A stretch of 64,000 nt of DNA from Corallococcus sp. AB011P (GTDB taxonomy: Bacteria > Myxococcota > Myxococcia > Myxococcales > Myxococcaceae): NCBI RefSeq assembly GCF_003611605.1, contig NZ_RAVX01000011.1, positions 4,811 to 68,810 of the forward strand, given 5' to 3'. Below are positions 27,124-37,481 of this stretch, piece by piece. The position numbers and the translations under genes are program-made. The notes beneath the pieces were generated by a model. The model was not told the DNA's origin. It did not search any database and saw only the letters and a program-made list of their open reading frames with translations. Numbering within the stretch: position 1 is the first letter of the stretch; each line of letters starts with the position of its first letter.

Positions 27124-28863
27124 ATGCGCTCCCTCTTTTCTCGAATGGATCTCCCCTTGCGTATGAAGGCCCAGAGCTGGGCGCTGGCCGCGCTGCTGGC
27201 CACCGCCGTCACCCCCGCCGCGTTCGCGCAGACCACCACGAGCCCGCTCGTCCCGCTGGACCTGGAGCGCCTGCGCTTCACGCCGGCGGCGACGGACTCG
27301 ATGCTGGTGGACACCGGCCGCGTGCTCCCCGAGGGCGGCTACCGCCTGCTCCTCATGGTCAACTACGAGCGCGGCATCCTCCTGCTCCAGGGCAGTGACG
27401 GGCTGGAGCGCTCCATCCTCCACTACCGCACCGCGGGCTGGCTGGCCGGCGCGTGGTCGCCGGTGGACCGGTTGGAGTTCTCCGCGAAGCTGCCCGTCAT
27501 CATCGCGCAGGGCGGTCACGGCGCGGAGCAGCTGGTGGGCGTGAGCGAGCCGGACTCGTTCGGCCTGGGCACGCCGGAGCTGGGCGTGCGCTACGAGCTG
27601 CTGCGGCGCGAGGAAGGCGCGCCGGTGTTCCTGGGCCTGGGCCTGGACATCGGGCTGCCGGGAGGCACGGCGGACGCGTTCGGCCGTCAGGCGGGCTGGG
27701 CCGGGTTCCAGTTCGCGCCCCGCGTGTCGGTGAGCCGCGAGCTGGGCCCCGTGGTGCTGGGCGCCAACGCGGGCATCCGGATCCGCTCGCGTGAAGTGGA
27801 GCCGGGCCGCGACGTGGGCACGGAGCTGGAGCAGGGCGTGGTGGTGGCCACGCGAGGCAAGGGGCTGCGCGGCGAAATCGCGCTGCAGGCCGCCGAGTCG
27901 CTCGTGGAGTCGGACTTCGCGCTGGAGCTGCTGGGCGGCGTGCGGCTGCCGGTGGGCGCGGGCTTCGAGGCGTTCGCGATCGGCGGGCATGGCTTCACGG
28001 ACATCCCGGGCACGCCGTCGTTCCGGCTGGCCGCGGGCATCGCATACGCGAACGAGCCCGAGCCCGTGGACCGCTGCCGCACCGGCCGCAGCCACACGCC
28101 GGAGCAGTGCCCCAACGAGGACGACGACGGCGACGGCGTGGCGAACAAGGACGACCGCTGCCCGCTGGAGTCCGGCTCCGTGGAGAACAACGGCTGCCCG
28201 GACAAGGACTCGGACGGCGACGGCGTGGTGGACCGCGAGGACCAGTGCCCGAACGAGGCCGGTCCCTCGTCCGAGCGCGGCTGCCCCGTGAAGGACTCGG
28301 ATGGCGACGGCGTGCCGGACAAGGACGATGCCTGCCCGAACGAGGCCGGTCCGTCGTCCGAGCGTGGCTGCCCCGTGAAGGACACGGACGGCGACGGCGT
28401 GCCGGACAAGGACGATGCCTGCCCGAACGAGGCCGGTCCGTCGTCCGAGCGCGGCTGCCCCGTCAAGGAACAGCCCAAGCCCGAGCCGAAGCCCGAGGAG
28501 AAGCCCGCGGAGGAGACGACGTCGCCGCTGGGACACATCGTCCAGTTCCCGGTGAACCAGTCGGAGTTCCAGGAGAACGAGCAGCAGCAACTGGACTCCA
28601 TCGTGGCCTACCTGAAGGCGAACCCGAAGCTGAACGTCCGGATTGAGGGCCACACGGACAACAGCGGCCCGGAGGAGGCCAACCGCACGCTGAGCCATCA
28701 GCGCGCGAACCGCGTGCGCGCGTACCTCATCCAGAAGGGCATCGCGGGCTCGCGGCTGGAGGCGAAGGGCTTCGGCCCCGACCGTCCGCGCGTGTCCAAC
28801 GAGACGCCGGAGGGCCGCAGCGCGAACCGCCGCGTGGAGTTCGTCCCCGTCACGGGGAGCTGA
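27124..28863 (+). CDS. OmpA-family outer-membrane protein with thrombospondin type 3 (calcium-binding) repeats
   Basis: Signal peptide ...ALAALLATAVTPAAFAQ. Three 29-aa repeats DxDGDGVxDxxDxCPNEAGPSSERGCPVKD. C-terminal OmpA domain NVRIEGHTDNSGPEEANRTLSHQRANRVRAYLIQKGIAGSRLEAKGFG...NRRVEFV. It lies 3 nt after the Kelch gene. Confidence 0.8.
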   Translation: MRSLFSRMDLPLRMKAQSWALAALLATAVTPAAFAQTTTSPLVPLDLERLRFTPAATDSMLVDTGRVLPEGGYRLLLMVNYERGILLLQGSDGLERSILHYRTAGWLAGAWSPVDRLEFSAKLPVIIAQGGHGAEQLVGVSEPDSFGLGTPELGVRYELLRREEGAPVFLGLGLDIGLPGGTADAFGRQAGWAGFQFAPRVSVSRELGPVVLGANAGIRIRSREVEPGRDVGTELEQGVVVATRGKGLRGEIALQAAESLVESDFALELLGGVRLPVGAGFEAFAIGGHGFTDIPGTPSFRLAAGIAYANEPEPVDRCRTGRSHTPEQCPNEDDDGDGVANKDDRCPLESGSVENNGCPDKDSDGDGVVDREDQCPNEAGPSSERGCPVKDSDGDGVPDKDDACPNEAGPSSERGCPVKDTDGDGVPDKDDACPNEAGPSSERGCPVKEQPKPEPKPEEKPAEETTSPLGHIVQFPVNQSEFQENEQQQLDSIVAYLKANPKLNVRIEGHTDNSGPEEANRTLSHQRANRVRAYLIQKGIAGSRLEAKGFGPDRPRVSNETPEGRSANRRVEFVPVTGS

Positions 28864-28967
28864 CTCACGCGACGCTCCACATGACGCCGCTTCGTGGACA
28901 CCCACGAAGCGGCGCGTGGAGGTTTCAGCGAGACGGGCGTGGAGGCCTCCTCCACGCCCGTTTTGCG

Positions 28968-29741
28968 TCAGGCCTCTTCGGGGTGCAGCTGCACCAGCGC
29001 GGGCAGCTCCGCCGCGCGGTCGCGCAGCCGGACCTTGGGCCGGATGGCCACCGGGACGCGGGCGGCCGCGAGCAGCTCCAGGTCGAACACGTTGTCGCCG
29101 AACGCGGCGTAGAGCGGCCGGTCCGTCCGCAGCCTCAGGCTGTTCACCTTGCCGGGGCCGTAGGGCACGGGCTCGAAGACGGACGTCAGCAGCCGCCCGC
29201 CCTCCTCCTTCGGCGTGCACGCCACCACGAAGTCGGGCGTGATGCCCACCTCGCGCACCGCGGCCTCCACCACCGCGCGCGGCGACGCGCTGACCACGTA
29301 GCAGTCCACACCCTGCCCCCGGGCCCACTCCACCACGCGGCGGGCCTCCGGATGGACGCGGCCGGCCACGCCCCGCTTCGCCACCACGTCGAGGGCGAAG
29401 CCGCGCATCTCCTCCGCGTGCCAGCCGGCGAAGATCCACGCCATCATCTCGTAGGTGTCCTTCTCCGGCAGCCGCCCGGCCTCGAACGCCTTGAACAGCG
29501 CGTGCGCCAGCGTCACCGCGTCCGGATGCGACTCCACGCCGTGGCGGGCCCCCAGCCGCTCCAGCGCCACGAGGGCCTCGGGGCGAACGCCGCCGTGCTC
29601 CAGCAGGGCCATGAACAGGTCGTCCCCCACGTCCCCGCTCCACAGCGTGCCGTCCCCATCGAAGGCCAGCACGCCGTCCGGCGTCCGCTCCACCTCGCGA
29701 CGGATGCGCTCCAGCGTCTCCTCGACCCGCTCAGTCCTCAT
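28968..29741 (-). CDS. HAD-superfamily hydrolase (HAD-IB-like)
   Basis: ATG 29741 with GAGGA upstream. The DxDxT motif is in LAFDGDGTLW. Confidence 0.7.
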   Translation of the reverse strand: MRTERVEETLERIRREVERTPDGVLAFDGDGTLWSGDVGDDLFMALLEHGGVRPEALVALERLGARHGVESHPDAVTLAHALFKAFEAGRLPEKDTYEMMAWIFAGWHAEEMRGFALDVVAKRGVAGRVHPEARRVVEWARGQGVDCYVVSASPRAVVEAAVREVGITPDFVVACTPKEEGGRLLTSVFEPVPYGPGKVNSLRLRTDRPLYAAFGDNVFDLELLAAARVPVAIRPKVRLRDRAAELPALVQLHPEEA

Positions 29742-29845
29742 GGCCGGCATCCTCGCTGGCCGCACCGTCCGGTGTCACCCGCGTCCTCGAAGCCGGGACG
29801 CGGGCTGTTCACCATCCAGGGGAACAGGTGGCTACTCTTCAGGGC

Positions 29846-30406
29846 ATGGCACGAACCGAGAAAGAGAAGATGCTCGCGGGCGAGCTGTACAGCGCCGTCG
29901 ACCCGCAGCTGGTGGCCGAGCGGGCCCGCGCCCGCAAGCTCCTGCGCTCCTACAACCAGTCCACCGAGGACGAGCTGCCGCAGCGTGAGGGTCTGCTCAC
30001 CGAGCTCCTGGGCAAGGTGGGCGCCGGGACGTGGATCGAACCGCCGTTCTTCTGCGACTACGGCGAGCACATCCGGATGGGCGAGCGCGTCTTCATGAAC
30101 TTCCAGTGCGTCATCCTGGACTGCAACACGGTGACGATTGGCGACGACGTGTCCTTCGGCCCGGGCGTGCAGGTGTACGCGGCCACGCATCCCGTGGATC
30201 CGGATGAGCGCATCAAGGGCCCGGAGCTGGGCCGGGCCATCACCATCGGTTCGAAGGTATGGATTGGCGGCGGCTCCATCATCTGCCCGGGCGTCACCAT
30301 CGGCGAGGGCTCCACCATTGGCGCGGGCAGCGTGGTGACGCGCGACATCCCGCCGTACGTCTTCGCCGCCGGCAATCCCTGTCGCGTCATCCGGAACCTC
30401 CGGTAG
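29846..30406 (+). CDS. maa: Maltose/galactoside O-acetyltransferase (left-handed beta-helix)
   Basis: MARTEKEKMLAGELY matches the E. coli Maa N-terminus MSTEKEKMIAGELY from memory. It has hexapeptide repeats. Confidence 0.8.
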   Translation: MARTEKEKMLAGELYSAVDPQLVAERARARKLLRSYNQSTEDELPQREGLLTELLGKVGAGTWIEPPFFCDYGEHIRMGERVFMNFQCVILDCNTVTIGDDVSFGPGVQVYAATHPVDPDERIKGPELGRAITIGSKVWIGGGSIICPGVTIGEGSTIGAGSVVTRDIPPYVFAAGNPCRVIRNLR

Positions 30407-30416
30407 CGCGCGGACT

Positions 30417-31184
30417 TCAGCCCACCGCCTGGTGGGTCTCGGTGACGCCCTGGTACCCGTAGAGGCCGCTGTCGTACGGGGTGATGGCGTCGTCGGCCTT
30501 CTTGGTGCAGGCCGCGGCGGTGGGGTCGAAGGCCTGGAACTGGCCCTTGTCGTCCTTGAACTCCACCCACGCATGGAGGCCCCGGTCCGTATTGCCGAAG
30601 ACGACTTGCGCGTCCACGCCGGCCTGCTCGAAGCGCTGTTCAGCCTCGATGGCCATGTCCACGCAGACGCCGGACTTGGACGCGTCGAAGGTGCTGGCGT
30701 TCTTCATGGCGGCATCCCACGACTTGCCGCCCGTGTAGTCGTATTTCCAGGACGTGGCCTCCTTCGCGATGTCCTGGGCCACCGCATCCGCGCTCTTGCC
30801 GGAGGACGGGCCCTTCGCGCCCTGCGCCTGCGCCTGCGCGGGGGCAGGCGCCGGGGCCGGCGCGGGCTGCGCCTTCTGGGCCTGGGCCTTGGACGGCTCG
30901 AAGCTGTCGCGCTGCCAGTTCTGCTGGAAGCTCTGTGAGCTATTGGTGGGCTTCGGGCCCTGGGCCTTCGCGCCCTCGCCCTTCAGCAGGGCCTCCTTCG
31001 TCAGGCCCAGCTCCTTCAGCAGCTTCGCGAACTCCTGGGGCTGCTTCGCGGAGTCCACCGTCTTCACGGGCGAGCCGTCCGGCTTCACGACCTTCACCAC
31101 GACATTCCGCGGGGCCTGCCCGGCTTCGGGGGAAGGCTTCGCGCACGGGCTGGAGGACGGACGAGAGAGGGAGGAGATCGCCAT
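30417..31184 (-). CDS. Transglutaminase-like (papain-fold) domain protein with Pro/Ala/Gln-rich linker
   Basis: The C-domain has a C/H/D triad context (GVCVDMAIEAEQRF ... LHAWVEFKDDKG ... FDP). Linker PAPAPAPAPAQAQAQ. The start is uncertain (ATG 31184 or ORF start 31271). Confidence 0.5.
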   Translation of the reverse strand: MAISSLSRPSSSPCAKPSPEAGQAPRNVVVKVVKPDGSPVKTVDSAKQPQEFAKLLKELGLTKEALLKGEGAKAQGPKPTNSSQSFQQNWQRDSFEPSKAQAQKAQPAPAPAPAPAQAQAQGAKGPSSGKSADAVAQDIAKEATSWKYDYTGGKSWDAAMKNASTFDASKSGVCVDMAIEAEQRFEQAGVDAQVVFGNTDRGLHAWVEFKDDKGQFQAFDPTAAACTKKADDAITPYDSGLYGYQGVTETHQAVG

Positions 31185-31363
31185 GGGACAGGGCCTCGAA
31201 GAAGCAGCGGGGATGCCCGTCCCATGAGCACGGCGTGTGCCAACGCTCGTGCTTCTTGGGGTGAACGCCAAACCCCTGTGTTTCCAGGACCCGTGGGCCG
31301 GGCCTCGTCAGCGGAGGCCCGCGCCGCTGATGACAGCCGTTGGCGGGGTGATGTCCGCCGTCA

Positions 31364-32548
31364 TCACCCTGCCGCCTCGGAGGCACCGTCGGGCTCCGGC
31401 TCCTCCGGCCCTTCCACGGTGCGCTCCAGCGTGCGAGCGAGCGCGGCCCGCGCCTCCGCCGCCTCCTCGAAGGGCTCATCGCTCCCGGCCCGCGCCGGAG
31501 GAGGCACCGTCGCATCCAGTTCGTCCGGGTGCAGGCGGAACCACTTCGCGACGAGCATCACCTCCTGGGACTCCTGAGCGCGGAGGCCAATCGCCTCCGG
31601 CTCCGGCACGTCGAAGATGGCCCGCACGCGCGCGTCCAGCGCCGCCTGCTCCTCCGGCGTCCGGGGCGTGGGCACCTCCGCGCGGATCCGTCCCCGCCTG
31701 AGCACATACGTGCGGTCCTCACCGCCGTGCCCGCGCGCCGTGTAGATCAGCGACAGCCGGCGCAGCGTGCGGCCCAGCTCGACGATCCACGCCTGCACGT
31801 TCTCCAGCCGCTCCGCGCGGTCGCGCAGCTCCGCCGCGTATTCGAACTGGAGCCGCCGCGCCGCCATCGCCATGCGCTCGCGCAGGATGACGAGCGGCCG
31901 GTCCGACTCGCCGTTGAGGAACGCCCGCGCCAGCGCGACCTGAGCCAGGTACTCCGCCGTCGTGCACCCACTCGCGCATGGAGACAGACACCGCGCCGTC
32001 TGCCCGCGCATGCACCGCGGATCGTCCTTCAGGGGGAAGAGCTGGATCTGATCCGCCAGCCGCATGGGCGTCTCGGACGGGCAGTCGCGCAGCTCCAGCA
32101 AGTCGTTCACCGCGCGCACCACGTCCGCCATGGTGTGCCGGCCGTGAAAGGGCCCGAAGTACTCCGCGCGCCCGTCACCGCCGGGCTGGCCCACCACGCG
32201 CAGGCGGGGCACGGCCTCGCGCGTGAGCTGGAGGAAGCAGTGCGCGCGGTCGCGCTTGTGCTCCACGTTGTAGAGGGGCCGGTGGCTCTTGATCAGCCGG
32301 AACTCATGGAGCAGCGCCGCGAACTCGCTGGCCGTGTACTCCCACTCCACCTGGTGCGCCTGGGCAACGATCTCCCAGGCCTTCTCGCCCTCGTCCGCGC
32401 GGAAGTACGACAGGAGCCGCGTGCGCACCCGCACGGACTTGCCCACGTAGAGCAGCTCCCCGGCGGGACCGAAGAACCGGTACACGCCGGGCCGGTTCTC
32501 CGCGCTCGCGCGGACGTGACTCAGGAGGGTGGCGACGCGCGGATCCAT
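31364..32548 (-). CDS. UvrC-like GIY-YIG nuclease (Cho-like excinuclease homolog)
   Basis: GIY-YIG motif GVYRFFGPAGELLYVGKSVRVRTRLLSYF plus a UvrC-homology region with a Cys cluster. Confidence 0.7.
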   Translation of the reverse strand: MDPRVATLLSHVRASAENRPGVYRFFGPAGELLYVGKSVRVRTRLLSYFRADEGEKAWEIVAQAHQVEWEYTASEFAALLHEFRLIKSHRPLYNVEHKRDRAHCFLQLTREAVPRLRVVGQPGGDGRAEYFGPFHGRHTMADVVRAVNDLLELRDCPSETPMRLADQIQLFPLKDDPRCMRGQTARCLSPCASGCTTAEYLAQVALARAFLNGESDRPLVILRERMAMAARRLQFEYAAELRDRAERLENVQAWIVELGRTLRRLSLIYTARGHGGEDRTYVLRRGRIRAEVPTPRTPEEQAALDARVRAIFDVPEPEAIGLRAQESQEVMLVAKWFRLHPDELDATVPPPARAGSDEPFEEAAEARAALARTLERTVEGPEEPEPDGASEAAG

Positions 32549-32680
32549 GCGGCGGAAGGTGCGCCGGGCAACAGAGCCCGGGCACCGCAGGCTAACCCGC
32601 CACGTCTCTCCGCACCGCCGTTCGCGTGGCGCCCTTCACAACCCGGCCGGAGGGCGGGCGGAGGGCCACGCGCCCGGACT

Positions 32681-34081
<1,401 letters not shown>

Positions 34082-34130
34082 TTACCGCGCGTCTTGGGTC
34101 GCCGCGCCATTTCCGTTACAAGCCGCCGCC

Positions 34131-35729
34131 ATGTTCAACGTCATCAACGTCTCCAAGGCCTACGGGCCCAAGAAACTTTTCGAGGAGGTCAACGTCGCCT
34201 TCTCGCCGGGCCGCCGCTACGGCCTGACCGGTCCGAACGGGGCCGGCAAGTCCACGTTCATGAAGATCCTCGCGGGTGACGAGGAGCAGGACATGGGCGA
34301 CATCATCCGCCCGCGGAAGCTGGGCATCCTGCGCCAGGACCACTTCCGCTACGAGAACGACCGCGTCATCGACGTGGTGCTGATGGGCAACCGCCACCTG
34401 TGGGCGGCGATGGACGAGAAGAACAAGCTGCTGGCCAAGTCCGACATCACCGATGAGGACGGCAACCGGCTGGGTGAGCTGGAAGGCATCATCGCGGAAG
34501 AGGACGGCTATTCGGCGGAGAGTGACGCGGCCACGCTGCTGGCCGGCCTGGGCATCGAGGAGTCCTTCCACGAAGAGCCCATGCGCCAGCTGACGGGCGG
34601 CCTGAAGCTGCGCGTGTTGCTCGCGCAGGCGCTGTTCGGCAAGCCGGAGGGGCTGCTGCTCGACGAGCCCACGAACAACCTGGACATCGATTCCATCCGC
34701 TGGCTGGAGAACTTCCTGCATGTGTACGAGGGCGTGCTGATCACCATCAGCCACGACCGGCACTTCCTGAACTCCATCTGCACGCACATCGCGGACATCG
34801 ATTACGAGACCATCATCCAGTACACGGGTGGTTACGACGACATGGTCCGGCAGAAGTCGCAACTGCGCACCCGGGTCGAGTCCGAGACGGCGGAGAAGAA
34901 GAAGAAGATCGCCCAGCTGCAGGACTTCGTGGCGCGCTTCCACGCCGGTACGCGAGCGTCTCAGGTGCAGAGCCGCATCAAGCAGATCGACAAGCTGAAG
35001 ACGGAGGACCTGAAGCGCTCGAACATCGCGCGGCCGTTCATCCGGTTCGACCAGAAGGTGGTCAGCGGTCGGCAGACGCTGATGTTCGAGGGCCTGAAGA
35101 AGTCCTTCGACGGGGTGCCGGTCATCAAGCCGTTCACGGGCCTGGTCTGCAAGGGCGAGCGCATCTGCGTCATCGGCCGCAACGCCGTGGGTAAGTCCAC
35201 GCTGGTGAAGATGCTGGCCAACCAGCTGGAGCCGGACGCGGGGACCATCACCTGGGGCCACCAGGCGACGGTGGGCTACCTGCCGCAGGACCACCACGGC
35301 GTCATCCACAAGGGGACGACGTGCTTCGGCTACCTGCGGGAGATCAGCGAGAAGCTGACGAACGAGGAGATCTCGGGCGTGTTGGGCCGGATGCTCTTCT
35401 CGGGTGAGGAGCGGATGAAGGCGACGGACACGCTCTCCGGTGGTGAGACGGTGCGAGTGCTGTTGTCCAAGCTGATGATCACGCAGGACAACGTGCTGAT
35501 CCTGGACGAGCCGACGAACCACCTGGACCTGGAGTCCATCGCGGCGCTGGCGGAAGGTTTGTCGAAGTTCGACGGCACGGTCATCTGCGTGACGCACGAC
35601 CAGGAGCTCATCTCCGAGGTCGCGACCCGCATCTGGAGCCTGGAGGCGGGCAAGGAAGTGCTCGACTTCAACGGCCCCTACTCCGAGTTCATGGAGAAGC
35701 ACGCGGACGCGGCGCTCAAGCGCCGATAG
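34131..35729 (+). CDS. ybiT: ABC-F family ATPase (YbiT-like), two ABC domains
   Basis: Near-collinear with E. coli YbiT from memory (GPNGAGKST, LSGG..., second Walker A GRNAVGKST). Confidence 0.85.
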   Translation: MFNVINVSKAYGPKKLFEEVNVAFSPGRRYGLTGPNGAGKSTFMKILAGDEEQDMGDIIRPRKLGILRQDHFRYENDRVIDVVLMGNRHLWAAMDEKNKLLAKSDITDEDGNRLGELEGIIAEEDGYSAESDAATLLAGLGIEESFHEEPMRQLTGGLKLRVLLAQALFGKPEGLLLDEPTNNLDIDSIRWLENFLHVYEGVLITISHDRHFLNSICTHIADIDYETIIQYTGGYDDMVRQKSQLRTRVESETAEKKKKIAQLQDFVARFHAGTRASQVQSRIKQIDKLKTEDLKRSNIARPFIRFDQKVVSGRQTLMFEGLKKSFDGVPVIKPFTGLVCKGERICVIGRNAVGKSTLVKMLANQLEPDAGTITWGHQATVGYLPQDHHGVIHKGTTCFGYLREISEKLTNEEISGVLGRMLFSGEERMKATDTLSGGETVRVLLSKLMITQDNVLILDEPTNHLDLESIAALAEGLSKFDGTVICVTHDQELISEVATRIWSLEAGKEVLDFNGPYSEFMEKHADAALKRR

Positions 35730-35743
35730 TCCTTCGCTACTTC

Positions 35744-35800
35744 AGGCAGTGCCAACGCCGCCCGTTTCCGGTCCTCCGGAAGCGAGGCGGCGTTTTCGTG
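35744..35800 (+). repeat. Direct repeat copy A (hairpin-forming about 55-bp element) at left border of low-GC island; also likely intrinsic terminator of the ABC-F gene
   Basis: aggcagtgccaacgccgcccgtttccggtcctccggaagcgaggcggcgttttcgtg. It forms an imperfect 17-bp stem and a T-run. Confidence 0.7.
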
Positions 35801-35896
35801 CGGGTGTCCATCCCTCTCCCGGGTGATGTCGCTTCCTTGAGCGGGTCGGCAAGACTCACGCCAGGCCGTCAGTCCATGGTGGCCTGGGGGTGAGCG

Positions 35897-37456
35897 ATGG
35901 TTCTGTCCATGATGTGGGGACTGTTGGCGTCGCTGTTCGCGGCCTTGTGGTTCCGGTCCCGCTCTCACGTTCACGAGTTGCAGGAGCGGTTCAAGCCCAT
36001 CGTGGACATTGAAGCCGAGAAGAGACGAATCACAGAAGAGATCGCACAAACACAACGGGCCGCCACAAAGGCCCTTGAAGCTGAGCGCCATCGGGCAGCC
36101 CAGGAATTGGCTGAAGCCCGTGGCATCGCTGCCAAGGAGCGCATCGACGAACAGACGCGAGTGCTCGCCCAGCTTGCTCGAGAAAAGGAGTCTTCCGCGA
36201 AGGCCATCGCCGAGGAGAAGAAGCAAGCGGCCTCGGAATGTCACCGCATGCGGGAAGAGGCTTCACGAGCAACGGTGGCCGCCGCACGGTCTGTGACTGA
36301 AGCGGAAGAACAGCGTCAGAAGCTGCTCTTGGAGCAACGGGAGCTGAAAGCCACCATCGTTCGGTTACGCGAAGAGCTTCGTCCCCTGGATGAAGAAGCA
36401 ATTCTCCTCTCCACCGGCTTCTACAAGTCGGTTTACGCCTTCTCCTCCGTCGAGGAGTACGAGCGCCGCCTCGATGCGCTTCGAGAGACGCAGAAGTCAA
36501 TGCTGCAGAACAAGGTGGCGGCGACCTGCTCTCTGGAGTGGGAGGTCAATGGCAGTAAGGCCGAGGGCAGAAAGCAAACGGAGCGTACGCTGAAGCTGAT
36601 GCTCCGCGCCTTCAACGGCGAAGCCGATGCCTGCGTCGCGAAAGTGACCTACAAAAACATCAAGACCATGGAAGCTCGCATCGAAAAGGCAGCGGATGCG
36701 ATCAATGCGTTGACGAAGATCCAGCAATGCACCATCGCGAGCAAGTACGTTGCCCTCAAGCTGGACGAACTGCGCCTGGCTCATGAATACGCCGAGAGGG
36801 TCCAGCAGGAGCGCGACGAGCAGAAGCGCATTCGGGAGCAGATGCGCGAGGAAGAAGCGGCGCAGCGCGAACTTGAGAAGGCGAAGCTTGAGGCGGAGCG
36901 AGAGGCGAAGCGAGACGCGGAGGCCCTGGCGAAGGCGAAAGCCGACTACGAAAGAGCCAAGGGCTCCGAGCAGCAAAAGCTTCTGGAGCGCATCGCGGAA
37001 CTGGAGCGCCGCGTCGCAGAAGACCTGGAAAAACAGAGAGCCATCTCCCAGGCCCAGCTCACGCGGACGGGGCACGTCTACGTCATCTCCAACATCGGCT
37101 CCTTTGGAGAGGGCGTGTTCAAGATGGGAATGACCCGGCGGCTGGTGCCCCAGGACCGCATCGACGAGCTGGGAGACGCGTCGGTGCCCTTCGAGTTCGA
37201 CGTCCACGCCATCATCCGGACCTCGGATGCCCCGGCACTTGAAAGCGCACTGCACAAGGCCTTCGCGAACCGGCGCGTCAACCGCATCAACGAGCGCAAG
37301 GAGTTCTTCCGCGTCGGCCTGGATGAGATCGCGGAGGCGGTCCGCAAGCATCACGGTGAGTTTGAATTGACCCGGATTGCTGAAGCTGCGGAATACCGGA
37401 AGACGTTGGCACTCCAAGAGGAGGAGCGCCTCACGCATGCTGAACGGGCGGCGTAG
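35897..37456 (+). CDS. Membrane-anchored coiled-coil protein with DUF4041-like region and C-terminal T5orf172 (GIY-YIG-like, MUG113) domain
   Basis: N-terminal TM helix MVLSMMWGLLASLFAALWF; long E/R/K coiled coil. The C-terminus GHVYVISNIGSFGEGVFKMGMTRRLVPQDRIDELGDASVPFEFDVHAII...KEFFRV matches the T5orf172 pattern. Local GC is about 58%. Confidence 0.65.
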   Translation: MVLSMMWGLLASLFAALWFRSRSHVHELQERFKPIVDIEAEKRRITEEIAQTQRAATKALEAERHRAAQELAEARGIAAKERIDEQTRVLAQLAREKESSAKAIAEEKKQAASECHRMREEASRATVAAARSVTEAEEQRQKLLLEQRELKATIVRLREELRPLDEEAILLSTGFYKSVYAFSSVEEYERRLDALRETQKSMLQNKVAATCSLEWEVNGSKAEGRKQTERTLKLMLRAFNGEADACVAKVTYKNIKTMEARIEKAADAINALTKIQQCTIASKYVALKLDELRLAHEYAERVQQERDEQKRIREQMREEEAAQRELEKAKLEAEREAKRDAEALAKAKADYERAKGSEQQKLLERIAELERRVAEDLEKQRAISQAQLTRTGHVYVISNIGSFGEGVFKMGMTRRLVPQDRIDELGDASVPFEFDVHAIIRTSDAPALESALHKAFANRRVNRINERKEFFRVGLDEIAEAVRKHHGEFELTRIAEAAEYRKTLALQEEERLTHAERAA

Positions 37457-37481
37457 GCTCTGAACCGCGTGTGCCTCGGTT

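Noticed and set aside
28247-28470. Tandem 87-bp DNA repeats (about 2.7 copies) that could be mistaken for a CRISPR/VNTR array
   Set aside because: The repeats are in-frame and encode three thrombospondin type 3 units (DGDGVPDKDDACPNEAGPSSERGCPVKD) inside the OmpA gene. There are no unique spacers and no cas genes.
23824-29643. 1939-aa minus-strand ORF spanning the Kelch, OmpA and HAD loci
   Set aside because: It is an antisense artefact running through two genuine plus-strand genes with signal peptides and domains. Its composition is almost pure G/R/A/P.
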